Shown here: positions 10,342-19,616 of the stretch, in pieces
Layout of the letters: each line of letters begins with the position of its first letter
Position numbering within the stretch: position 1 is the first letter of the stretch
Position numbers and translations under genes: made by a program
Origin: Candidatus Kapaibacterium sp.
GTDB taxonomy: Bacteria > Bacteroidota > Ignavibacteria > Kapaibacteriales > UBA2268
Direction: 5' to 3'
Length of the DNA: 64,000 nucleotides
Assembly (NCBI GenBank): GCA_963665665.1
Contig: OY762428.1
Location: 2,144,001 to 2,208,000 of the forward strand
The notes under the pieces: model-generated
Database searches by the model: none
Seen by the model: the letters and a program-made list of their open reading frames with translations, nothing else
Told to the model about the DNA's origin: nothing

Positions 10342-11616
10342 TTAAGCAAACAACTGCTTTCTTATAAATACGATTCCGAAAACAATCATCAATCCGCCAA
10401 GGACTATTGCAGCCCATTCGCTCAGGGTGGGTATGCCGTAGCTAAATTCGTAAGCACCGATATCTACATTGAAGTTAGTCATGGTGCGTTTAAAATTTCT
10501 CTGGTCATATAGCACAGGGTTGCCTTCATGGTCGGTATTTGCGCCGTTATCAATTGCGGGGCTTCCCCCCAGCAAAGCATGCGTAAGCGTCAATCCACCG
10601 TTGTTTTGCAGCGGGCCAAGCAGCGGGTCAATAGCCGTAGCTGATTCAATTGCACCGGCATCAGGAGTGGTAGTATTTCTTGTATCGCCGTAACGGTCGC
10701 CAGTTGTGTTGGTAGAAAAGTTAACTCCGCCAATATCTCCGATAAGATTATTCCCGAGTGAAATTAATGTGCCGTAACCATAAATATCCGGGTAATAGCT
10801 ATATCCTGTATTCCCGGCAACTATAGTATTTCTAAGATAGGTAACACTATTTGAATTGCTGCCCAGGTTTATACCGCCCCCATAAGCATAAGACAATCCG
10901 TGATTATCGCTGATCGTACAATTTTCGAGATAAAGAATTGAACCGAAATTTATAACTCCGCCTCCACCGAATGAACTAACTGAATTTCCTGAGATTGTAG
11001 TATTCATAACAAATGTTTTTGTCTGTAAATTATTGGCATTAATAATCAATCCATTTCCGTTACAGTCACTAATACATGAATTATTTATATAATTCTGTTC
11101 TTCATTGTTGGATGAAATATAGATTCCGGAACCATAAGTATTATTATAGCCATCGTGAATATAGCAATTGCTCATGTTTAACGAACCGGCAATATATACT
11201 AACCTGAAATCAGCATTGCGAACTTCACAATATTCCATTGTCAGATCTCCGTTGCACTGTATTGCCATTTCTCCGGCATCCGCTATTGAAATATTTTTGA
11301 TTGTAACTGAATTTCCCGAATAGATTGTAATAATATTTTTATTACCAGCCCCAGTAATTAAATCACCATATAAAATAGTTTTGCCGCGTCCCTGCCCCTG
11401 CAAAGTTATACTCTTGTTAATAATAATTCCACCAATACCACCTTCCTGTGGCATTTCTCCGAATATGCTAATAATATCGCCATTTGAAGCCACAGATATT
11501 GCAGATGTAACACTTGTAAACATTTTAGAACCGTCTGCTGCTACCGTTAGCGTGTCCGATAAAAGGCAAGAATATGAAAAAAGAAAGGCAATAATCAAAC
11601 CCGCAAAATATTTCAT
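10342..11616 (-). CDS. Secreted beta-helix / choice-of-anchor Q protein with an IPTL-CTERM sorting signal
   Basis: Signal peptide from ATG 11616; NTTISGN and NCTISDN repeats; LGPLQNNGGLTLTHALLGGSPAID...DQR...DIGAYE; C-terminal IPTLSEW + TM + RK. Confidence 0.82.
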   Translation of the reverse strand: MKYFAGLIIAFLFSYSCLLSDTLTVAADGSKMFTSVTSAISVASNGDIISIFGEMPQEGGIGGIIINKSITLQGQGRGKTILYGDLITGAGNKNIITIYSGNSVTIKNISIADAGEMAIQCNGDLTMEYCEVRNADFRLVYIAGSLNMSNCYIHDGYNNTYGSGIYISSNNEEQNYINNSCISDCNGNGLIINANNLQTKTFVMNTTISGNSVSSFGGGGVINFGSILYLENCTISDNHGLSYAYGGGINLGSNSNSVTYLRNTIVAGNTGYSYYPDIYGYGTLISLGNNLIGDIGGVNFSTNTTGDRYGDTRNTTTPDAGAIESATAIDPLLGPLQNNGGLTLTHALLGGSPAIDNGANTDHEGNPVLYDQRNFKRTMTNFNVDIGAYEFSYGIPTLSEWAAIVLGGLMIVFGIVFIRKQLFA

Positions 11617-11844
11617 TAATAATCCTGATAATGAATGTTTTAAATTACTTGATAAGTTAAAATAATGATATAATTGTTGTAAACCAAAAAATCCCGATAA
11701 ATACCGGGATTTTAGATAAAAACATAAGAAAAACTCACTCCTGAACAAAAAAATCATACATTTAGGAATCAGGAATCTGCCTGATTTCCTGAAACTGATT
11801 AGTAAAAAGCAATCATAAAGCAGGAAAACTATTCATATTAAAAA

Positions 11845-12076
11845 TTATTCAGCCCAGGCAGGCATGGCCATCAGATAATATCCGGCACGTTGCATTGCCT
11901 GCTCATCAGTCACGTCAGGCTGCCACGATTTTATCCATTCAGCAAGCCCGGGCTGAACCTGCTGCCGAAGCTAAAATCCCGTCATCTCCCATGCAATATT
12001 TACAATAGTTCTCGTGTTTTCCTTTAAACTCGGGCATTTCCAGTGGCGCACCGCAAGAATGACAAAATGTTGGCAT
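11845..12076 (-). pseudogene. Small zinc-ribbon protein (not in the ORF track), frameshifted near 11965-11975
   Basis: AAAGGA RBS then MPTFCHSCGAPL...NYCKYC...; a second frame continues RQQVQPGLAEWIKSWQPDVTDEQAMQRAGYYLMAMPAWAE*; span 232 nt (3n+1). Confidence 0.75.
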
Positions 12077-12139
12077 TGTTTTTTTCCTTTCATTATTTTG
12101 CTGTCAATTAATTACATTTGCATAATAAGGCATGATATA

Positions 12140-12155
12140 TGACAACAGTCTGTCA
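12140..12155. promoter_or_regulatory. Putative WYL (YafY-type) operator
   Basis: Perfect TGACA-N6-TGTCA palindrome between the WYL gene stop and the zinc-ribbon gene start. Confidence 0.7.
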
Positions 12156-12165
12156 GTATTATTTA

Positions 12166-13095
12166 TTAGTATTTTTCCTGAATTTTTCCGGCAATATTTT
12201 TAATTATTTCTCTTATATGAACCGGCTCGATAACTTCCACAGCATCGCCATAACTTAAGATCATCCCGTAAAGCCAATAATCCTCGGGAATTTTCACACT
12301 CATCAAAATAGAGCCATCCTCAAGGATATCCTGACTGGAATCCCTGAAATATTCTTCTACAATATATTTCATCTCCGGTATGAATTTCAATTTAATAAGC
12401 GGAATATCACCAAATCTTTCCCTGTATTTGTTCTGGTGCTCCTCGAAGTCAACTTCTTTGCGGAAGAAACGTTCACCAGTATCTGCTGCATCCTTGATTC
12501 TTGAAAGGCGGAAAAGCCGATAATCATTCCTAAGCCTGCACCAGCCAAACAAATACCACGAATACCATTTGAAAACTATAGTGTAAGGCTCTACATTTCT
12601 TACAGTTCGTTTGCCCCTGCTGCTTGTATATTTGAATGAAATAACCCGGCAATTATCAATAGCATTTTCTATCAGGCCCTGGTTGTTCGAGTTTTTTCTG
12701 CCAATATGCAGCGAACTAAAATCTATATACAGCTTCTCTTTCTTTTTTTCAAATTTATGTTTATCAGTTTTACCTGCTATTGCCCTCATTTTTTCAATTG
12801 TATCTGCAAGGGCACCGTTTTCGAAAGTAGAATAAATACTTTCCAGCGATGTAATAATAAAAAAAAGGTCATCTGTATCAACCATCTGCCGGTTTATACT
12901 GTACCCGGGCATTATTCCGAATCCGCCGCGTGCACCTAAGCTGGATACAACAGGAATACCTGCCGAGCAAAGGCTGTCTATGTCTCTTTGTATAGTCCGC
13001 TGCGACACTCCGAATTTCCCGGCAAGTTCCCTGGCGCTTGTCATTTCGTTATTCAGAAGATGCAGAACAATAGCAAGAAGTCTGTCAATTTTCAT
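12166..13095 (-). CDS. YafY-family HTH-WYL-WCX transcriptional regulator
   Basis: MKIDRLLAI...ELAGKFGVSQRTIQRDI HTH; VEPY...WYLFGWC...RLFRLSRI WYL; ILSYGDAVEVIEP WCX. Confidence 0.93.
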   Translation of the reverse strand: MKIDRLLAIVLHLLNNEMTSARELAGKFGVSQRTIQRDIDSLCSAGIPVVSSLGARGGFGIMPGYSINRQMVDTDDLFFIITSLESIYSTFENGALADTIEKMRAIAGKTDKHKFEKKKEKLYIDFSSLHIGRKNSNNQGLIENAIDNCRVISFKYTSSRGKRTVRNVEPYTIVFKWYSWYLFGWCRLRNDYRLFRLSRIKDAADTGERFFRKEVDFEEHQNKYRERFGDIPLIKLKFIPEMKYIVEEYFRDSSQDILEDGSILMSVKIPEDYWLYGMILSYGDAVEVIEPVHIREIIKNIAGKIQEKY

Positions 13096-13239
13096 ATTCA
13101 GTTGAAATTATTATTAACAACAATCTGCAAATCTAATATTTTTTGTTGAAATGATTATTGTTTTATCGCAGTAAGGTATTTCCTGAATATACCGAAGCAG
13201 CTTTTAAATGTTTTTCTATTCAAATTTTTAACTTATCAC

Positions 13240-13715
13240 CCTGCGCCAGCGAAGAATCCATTCTTATTACACTATCTGCAAACGAAGATGGATTCTTTTT
13301 CGGGCAACCACAAGGGTTGCCCCTACGATTAAATCACCTGTCCCCCACTGGCGGGGGTGAAGTTCCGGAAAATTCCCCTCGTTGATGGGTGGCGAGCGCA
13401 GCGAGTTCCCGACAAGTCGGGACAGGCTGGGGTGGATTTCTTTTTCTTAGTTTCCGAACCTTGCATTATTATCCACGAGCTAAAGCACGTGGCTATTGAA
13501 TTTGACAATTATAAGGCTGGAAGGTCATTCTGAGCGCCAGCGAAGAATCCATTCTTTATGCATTCCCCCTCATTACGAAGTTGTACTTCGTAATGCAGTT
13601 TTCTTTTGAAGCTGAGCTTCTCTATTTCAAAGTAGAACTTTGCAGGAAAAATTCATTCCCAAGTACAACTTGGGAAGAAGGGAAAATCACCTGTCCCACG
13701 CTGGTGGGGGTGAAT
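13240..13715. repeat. Cluster of several distinct REP-like palindromic elements
   Basis: GTAG-type hairpin 13302-13326 (rc GTAGGGGCAACCCTTGTGGTTGCCC); GCGCCAGCGAAGAATCCATTCTT twice (13243, 13534); AAATCACCTGTCCC...GGGGGTGAA twice; TCCCGACAAGTCGGGA; CATTACGAAGTTGTACTTCGTAATG; TTCCCAAGTACAACTTGGGAA. Confidence 0.75.
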
Positions 13716-13997
13716 TAGCCCGGTTTTCTCTTCATTTTTAATTATTCATTGTTAATTGTTAATTAAAATCCCAACTCCGGCCCTTACCCCCCGTTCTTCC
13801 ACCCAAATGAACAGGCCGCCGGCCTTAATTCCCTATCCTGTGGTTTCTATGAATCGAATAATTTCCTTAATTCAATGCTGTTTTGAACCAGAACCATGAT
13901 GTTTGGGCTAAATGCTTTGTTGGCAGGGCTTTAAACTACATTGGCCGGAGGTATTGAGGTGTTGTTTAGCCTTAATGTAGTGAAATTTGGCCTCATT

Positions 13998-14249
13998 GAG
14001 GTCTTGGTTGACTTTACTGAGGACTTGGTTGACCTTACTGAGGTCTTGGTTGACCTTACTGAGGTCTTGGTTGACCTTACTGAGGACTTGGTTGACTTTA
14101 CTGAGGTCTTGGTTGACTTTACTGAGGTCTTGGTTGACTTTACTGAGGTCTTGGTTGACCTTACTGAGGACTTGGTTGACCTTACTGAGGTCTTGGTTGA
14201 CTTTACTGAGGTCTTGGTTGACTTTACTGAGGTCTTGGTTGACTTTACT
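13998..14249. repeat. Tandem array of 12 x 21-bp units GAGGWCTTGGTTGACYTTACT
   Basis: Twelve consecutive units with only two variable positions; degenerate 21-bp periodicity extends left to about 13865. Confidence 0.97.
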
Positions 14250-14268
14250 GAGGTTGCTCATTATCTTC

Positions 14269-14352
14269 AACCAAGGCATCAATGACTTCGACCAAGGCAT
14301 CAATAAAGCAAAACATTGCTGCAATAGTGTCGACCATTGGTACATTGCTTTC
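14269..14352 (+). repeat. Degenerate 21-bp repeats (4 units), opposite orientation to the main array
   Basis: AACCAAGGCATCAATGACTTC / GACCAAGGCATCAATAAAGCA / AAACATTGCTGCAATAGTGTC / GACCATTGGTACATTGCTTTC. Confidence 0.8.
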
Positions 14353-14377
14353 GACACTTCCTACCTCCCCCCGCCCC

Positions 14378-15733
14378 CATAAGCGCTAACTTAGTGTTTG
14401 ATTTTTATATATAATTTTTTTATATTTGTAAATGGAAAAGTACAACAAGCATATAGAAGAATGGGATGTAGTTACAACCTTACTTCCTTTGGGATGGGAA
14501 TTAAAGGCTAAAGAACTCCAGGCTTTCCAACGTCGCAGGGCATTTGATTCACCTTCTGAGCAACTTCGAGCAATACTTATGCATGTAGCAACGGGGCATT
14601 CTATGAGGGTGGTTGCTACTAAGCTTAAATATGAAAGAAATATAGATATATCAGATGTTGCGTTATTAAAAAAAATGAGGACGTCTGCTGATTGGCTTCG
14701 CTGGATTGCATTAGGATTGATTCATAATAGGGGGATATCATTAGATTCCCCAGAATGGTTGTCTGATTTCAATGTAAGATGTATCGATGCGTCTGTTGTT
14801 ACTGAGCCGGGGTCAACAGGTACTGACTGGAGACTACATTACAGCCATAATCTGTTCAACCTCAAGTGTGACGAATTTATTATTACCAGCCCCAAAGTCG
14901 GTGAGTCTATATCTAATTTCAAAATTAACTCTTCTGATCTTTTTTTAATTGACAGAGCATATTGCAGTTATAAGGGTATTTCAGAAATTCTCGGAAAGAA
15001 AGCAAATTTTGTTGTCAGATATAAGCATAAAGGTTTTACACTCTATAATAGTAAAAAAGATAAAGTTGATATTATTAAAGAATTAAAAAGTTTAAAGTTA
15101 GGTCAAATATTTGACAAAATATTTTTTATTTCCTCCTCCTCCTCAAAAAACAAAAAGATTCCTGTACGTATATGTGCTATCAAAAAAAGCAAGGAGCAAG
15201 CTGAGTTATCCAGAAAGAAAGCAAAAAAGAATTTTGCTAGAAAACAACAGACAATCAGTTCTACAGCTTTAGGACTTAATGATTATATTGTTTTGGTGAC
15301 TTCTTTGATTAATGATATATCTTCTAATAATATCTTAGAATTATATAGAATGAGATGACAGGTTGAAATTTCATTTAAAAAACTAAAAAGTCAATTTGGC
15401 TTGGGGCATTTACCAAAAAAAGATAAAAACTCTGCACGAGCGTGGCTTTATGCTAAGATGATCACAGCTCTCCTTACTCAGGCTATTATCGATGAAGGTG
15501 AGCGTTTTTCCCCCTGGGGCTACAGGTTTAATAAAAGAGAATGATAAAAGGAGTACATCACAATGGCGTGAAAATGTATTTGTTAAAGATATTTTATTGA
15601 AAATCATCAGTCCCGGTATTACTTTGTATCAATGTATTAACAACTGGGATGATGTTTCTAATTGCCTAAAAGAAGGACATCGAAAAAGGCAAAGTAGTAT
15701 GAATTACTTATTTTCACTAAGTTAGCGCATATG
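14378..15733 (+). mobile_element. IS4-family insertion sequence (1356 bp)
   Basis: Left IR CATAAGCGCTAACTTAGTG and right IR (rc) CATATGCGCTAACTTAGTG match at 18/19; 11-bp target duplication CCCCCCGCCCC at 14367-14377 and 15734-15744; lower GC than the flanks. Confidence 0.93.
14432..15544 (+). pseudogene. IS4-family DDE transposase with an in-frame TGA at the conserved Trp
   Basis: IDAS, DWRLH, IDRAY motifs; YRMR-TGA-QVEISFKKLKS matches the IS4 Y-x2-R-W-x2-E-x2-F-K signature; frame stays open to FSPWGY...* at 15544. Confidence 0.88.
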
Positions 15734-15845
15734 CCCCCCGCCCCCCTCCTTCGAAAGGAGGGGGAGTTAATTCTATGTTATTTAACTTCTTATCCCCTCC
15801 TAAAGTAGGAGGGGAATACAGGGGTGGTTTTCTTACTTTGATTTG

Positions 15846-16160
15846 GAACAAGGCAGCAATGACTCCGAACAAAGCATCAATAACTCCGAACAAGGCATCA
15901 ATAAAGCAAAACATTGCTGCATTGCCTTCAACCAAGGCTGCAATAACTTCGAACAAGGTAGCAATGACTCCGAACAAGGCGTCAAAAAAGCAAAACATCA
16001 GTACTTTGCTTTCGACCCCTCCCAAACCCTCCCCGAAGGGGCGGGCTTTGAAGAAAAGCAAAGCAGCAATAGGTTAAAACTTCGGTACATTACTTCTGAA
16101 CAAGGGTTCCATGATTCCGACCAAAGGGGAAATATGTTCAAACATCGCTGCATTTACTCT
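15846..16160 (+). repeat. Degenerate 21-bp repeat blocks interleaved with REP-like hairpins
   Basis: 8 units at 15846-16013 (GAACAAGGCAGCAATGACTCC type), hairpin 16014-16052, about 5 more degenerate units to ~16160. Confidence 0.8.
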
Positions 16161-16270
16161 GCCAAATCCTTCGAAAGGACGGGGAATTAATTCTATGTTA
16201 TTTAACTTCTTATACTTTCATCGGAGAGGAGGGGATTACGGGAAGCGTTGCGATAATTTCTTTAAGACAA

Positions 16271-16303
16271 AAAAAATCCCGGTTATGAGAACCGGGATAA
16301 AAA
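16271..16303 (-). terminator. Intrinsic terminator after mltD
   Basis: A-run ATCCCGGTT-atgag-AACCGGGAT A-run. Confidence 0.7.
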
Positions 16304-16325
16304 AGTATATTATCTTTTGAAAATA

Positions 16326-18689
16326 CTACTGTATCCTTATCCTTTGGCCTATCTGAAGCCTTCTTGGATTTACGTTCTTATTTTTTCTTTTCAGGGAGTT
16401 TGTGCTGATTCCGAATTTCCTTGCTATCTTCTGGAAAGTATCTCCACGGCGCACTTTATAATATTTCGGAGCCCTGTTTACTTTTTTCGATACCGAAGAA
16501 CTGCCCTTGGCTGTTTTATTCGGATAAATGGTCAGCAAAGAGCCTTTGTAGATAGTATTACCCTTAATTTTACTGCTGTTCCATTTTTTTATATCAGATT
16601 CCCGAACGCCATATCTGGCTGCTATTGTACCAATACTTTCGCCCCTGCGTACTTTATGGCTGACTTTTTCGGATCCGGTAGATTCGGCAATTGCTGTTTT
16701 CCTTTTCTGAACCCCGTCGGAGATTATTTTAAGGATTTGACCCGGAATTATTTTATCCTTTCGGATTTTATTTTCATTTCTGATTGCTGCAACGGTTACA
16801 CCGTATTCATCGGCTATCTGCCCGAGTGTTTCGCCGCGCTTTACTTTATGGCGGATAATTTTCGGGCGCTCAAGTTTATTGATTGCCAGTGTGGAAGTAT
16901 CAATTGCAGAACTTTTTGCAATAATAAGTTTCATGCCTGGCTGAATATTCTCTTCATCAACGGAAATATCATTCAGGTTCCTCAGGTCTGTCAGCCTTAC
17001 GCCATAGTGCTGTGCTATCCTGTAAAGGTTCTCACCCCGCTGAACAACATGAATAACCGAACCTTTTTCATTAATCTGTTTCTGTGCTTCTATCGAGGAC
17101 AATTGGGTATTATCATCTTCCGGAACAAAATTTGCGCCCGGTATTTTAAGTACTGCACCGGTTTTAAGCCTTGAGCGGTATGACCTGAGGCCGTTAAATG
17201 CGGCAATTTCCTTGCTCGATACACCATATTTTTTTGCAAGTTTGGAGAGTGTTTCCCTTCTCTGAACTTTATGATAAATCCACGGCCTTTTTTCTTCTTC
17301 AGTAAGGTTTGGATAAAGGTTTGCTATCATGTCTTTTGTTCCGACAGGAACTTTCACCGAGTAATTTTCAACATTCGGAGGAGTAAAGGAACGTACAAGC
17401 TCGGGGTTCATATCTGCTATCGTTTCCTCGGGAACGCCCGCGCATTTGGCTATGGATGCAAGGTTAACAGATTCGGAAACATTGAATATTTCATATTCAT
17501 ATTTTTTTTCAAATTCAATTTCCTTCATGTCGAAACCATATCCTTCAGGATCCATGGCAACACGTGTCATGGCAATAAACAGGGGGACGTATTTTTTAGT
17601 TTCCCGTGGCAGGTATTTTTGAACATTCCAGAAATTGGGATCGCTCTGTCCGGATCTTCTGATGGCTCTTTTCACGCATCCGGCACCACAATTGTAAGCA
17701 GCAAGTGCAAGATGCCAGTTGCCGAAATCGTTGTACAGGTCTTTCAGGTGTCTCATGGCTGCAACTGTAGCTTTCTCGGGGTCTCTTCTTTCATCCATCC
17801 AGAATGAGGCTTCGCTGTTCAGTCCGTATTCTTTACCGGTAGAACTAATAAACTGCCACATACCAACTGCTTTTGCTCTTGAAACAGCATTAGGGTTCAG
17901 CCCGCTTTCCACCATGGAAAGATATACCAGTTCAAACGGGGCTTCCTCTTCGTCTGCAATTTCAAGCAGGAGTGGGAACCACCTCTTTGTTCTGGAAAGG
18001 CATTTTTTCATAAATTTCTTACCAATTTTATGCTGTGTAAGAAATTCAATATTTTTCTGAACATATTTATTATCATCAAGGGGGATAGTAATTTCTCTTT
18101 TTTTGGCTGTAACGGGCATACCGGCAAATGCCTGATTCAAATTAGCTGTATCCTTCGGAATTTCAATAGTCCCGATAGAAATATCACCCTGGTCATCATC
18201 GCTGTAGAAGTTATCCAGTTCGTGATAAAGTTTATCCCTGATAATAAATATCGAGGAGTTCTCGTTCAGGGATTTGAAATCCGGTACAAAGCTTTCGTAA
18301 TCATCAACAATGGACTGGGCAAGGTCAGTAAATTCTTCGTTGTTTTCTATTCCGGGATAGCTTACAAGCCTGTTCAAAATATCCATTGCCTGTTCGAAAT
18401 AAAGAGCAGCTTCGGTAGTATCGCCTTTTTCAATTCTTATAAGAGCCTGAACATATTGCTGCCTGGCTTTTTCCATAGTGATAAGAACAACCTGGTCGTT
18501 TCTTTTGGCTCTTTCCTCGTAATCGTCAAGTTCTGAAAATTCGTCAGGAAACAGTTTATATCCTTTTTCAGTGGATCTGGCATCCTGAGCAAACGCGTTG
18601 CCAGCAGTAAATAGCAGCAATGCGGAAAATAAAAACAGCAATAGTCGCCTTCCTCTGAAAAAAGGCTCTTTTTTTTCTGAATATTGCAT
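16326..18689 (-). CDS. mltD: MltD-like lytic murein transglycosylase with multiple LysM domains
   Basis: [40 protein letters not shown]; several LysM repeats ([27 protein letters not shown]); start likely ATG 18689. Confidence 0.9.
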   Translation of the reverse strand: MQYSEKKEPFFRGRRLLLFLFSALLLFTAGNAFAQDARSTEKGYKLFPDEFSELDDYEERAKRNDQVVLITMEKARQQYVQALIRIEKGDTTEAALYFEQAMDILNRLVSYPGIENNEEFTDLAQSIVDDYESFVPDFKSLNENSSIFIIRDKLYHELDNFYSDDDQGDISIGTIEIPKDTANLNQAFAGMPVTAKKREITIPLDDNKYVQKNIEFLTQHKIGKKFMKKCLSRTKRWFPLLLEIADEEEAPFELVYLSMVESGLNPNAVSRAKAVGMWQFISSTGKEYGLNSEASFWMDERRDPEKATVAAMRHLKDLYNDFGNWHLALAAYNCGAGCVKRAIRRSGQSDPNFWNVQKYLPRETKKYVPLFIAMTRVAMDPEGYGFDMKEIEFEKKYEYEIFNVSESVNLASIAKCAGVPEETIADMNPELVRSFTPPNVENYSVKVPVGTKDMIANLYPNLTEEEKRPWIYHKVQRRETLSKLAKKYGVSSKEIAAFNGLRSYRSRLKTGAVLKIPGANFVPEDDNTQLSSIEAQKQINEKGSVIHVVQRGENLYRIAQHYGVRLTDLRNLNDISVDEENIQPGMKLIIAKSSAIDTSTLAINKLERPKIIRHKVKRGETLGQIADEYGVTVAAIRNENKIRKDKIIPGQILKIISDGVQKRKTAIAESTGSEKVSHKVRRGESIGTIAARYGVRESDIKKWNSSKIKGNTIYKGSLLTIYPNKTAKGSSSVSKKVNRAPKYYKVRRGDTFQKIARKFGISTNSLKRKNKNVNPRRLQIGQRIRIQ

Positions 18690-18797
18690 CTTTCCCCCCG
18701 GTATTATAACAGCATTCAATATTAAAAACACGAAAAATTGTTAATTAAAAAAAATACTCTACAGGCTTTGGCAAAGAAAGCCTGATAATCTAATTTC

Positions 18798-19616
18798 TTA
18801 ATTTATGAAATTTCTTTGACTTTTACCCGAAATAATCAAAGAAAATATAAATATTGCTGCCTGAATGAGTATTATTGACGCTCCGGAAGGCAGGTCTGCC
18901 TGGTATGAAACAATTAATCCGGTAAAAGCGCTGAAAACGCCAAATAGCACCGCCAGTAAGGACATAGCAAAAAATGTTTTTGAAATAAGCCTTGAAGATG
19001 CTGACGGAATCACTAAAAATGCAGCCACCAGGATTATTCCGACAATTTTTACGGAAACAACAATAGTTATAGCCACAAGGATATTAAGAATGTAGTCATC
19101 CCTGTCAACTTTCAGCTTATCTGTTTTGGCAATTTCGCGATCGAATCCCGCATAAGCCCATCTTCCCCAAAGTTTGAATGTTGTAAGCAGGCTGATCAGT
19201 AAAATCACCGATGAAATAATAATATCTTCCGTTGTTACTGTGAGTATCGATCCGAATAAATATGTAAAGGCATCTACGGTATAATTTTCTTTTAAGGACA
19301 GGAATACGATACCCAGCGCTACTGCAAGTGAGAAGAATATTCCAATAGAAGTATCAGGGCTGAGTGTTGTTCTTTGGCGGACAAATACGATACCGGCAGC
19401 TATCAGAACCGTGAATGGAACGGCCGTGTACAGGGGTTCAGTATTAAGCAGTAGCCCGAGAGCCACGCCGCCAAAAGCTGCGTGAGCCAAGCCGCTGCCC
19501 AGAAAACTCATTTTGCGCTGTACGATGAAACTACCGTAATAGCCACATAATATACCAATAATAATGCCCCCGATAAATGCCCTCTGCATGAAGGGGAATT
19601 GAAACAGGTCACTCAT
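18798..19616 (-). CDS. znuB: Zn/Mn ABC transporter permease
   Basis: FMQRAFIGG, GLAHAAFGGVALG, YLFGSIL, VGIILV; ATG 19616 overlaps the ATPase stop. Confidence 0.87.
   Translation of the reverse strand: MSDLFQFPFMQRAFIGGIIIGILCGYYGSFIVQRKMSFLGSGLAHAAFGGVALGLLLNTEPLYTAVPFTVLIAAGIVFVRQRTTLSPDTSIGIFFSLAVALGIVFLSLKENYTVDAFTYLFGSILTVTTEDIIISSVILLISLLTTFKLWGRWAYAGFDREIAKTDKLKVDRDDYILNILVAITIVVSVKIVGIILVAAFLVIPSASSRLISKTFFAMSLLAVLFGVFSAFTGLIVSYQADLPSGASIILIQAAIFIFSLIISGKSQRNFIN

Noticed and set aside
13998-14249. CRISPR array
   Set aside because: Units are contiguous with no unique spacers, and there are no cas genes in the window.
13158-16320. Short ORFs over the repeat region (13158-13385, 13941-14285, 13987-14382, 15717-16320)
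   Set aside because: They are by-products of stop-poor repeats and hairpins, with no recognisable RBS or domain.
16317-18536. Long + strand ORFs antisense to mltD
   Set aside because: Shadow ORFs of a well-supported gene on the opposite strand.
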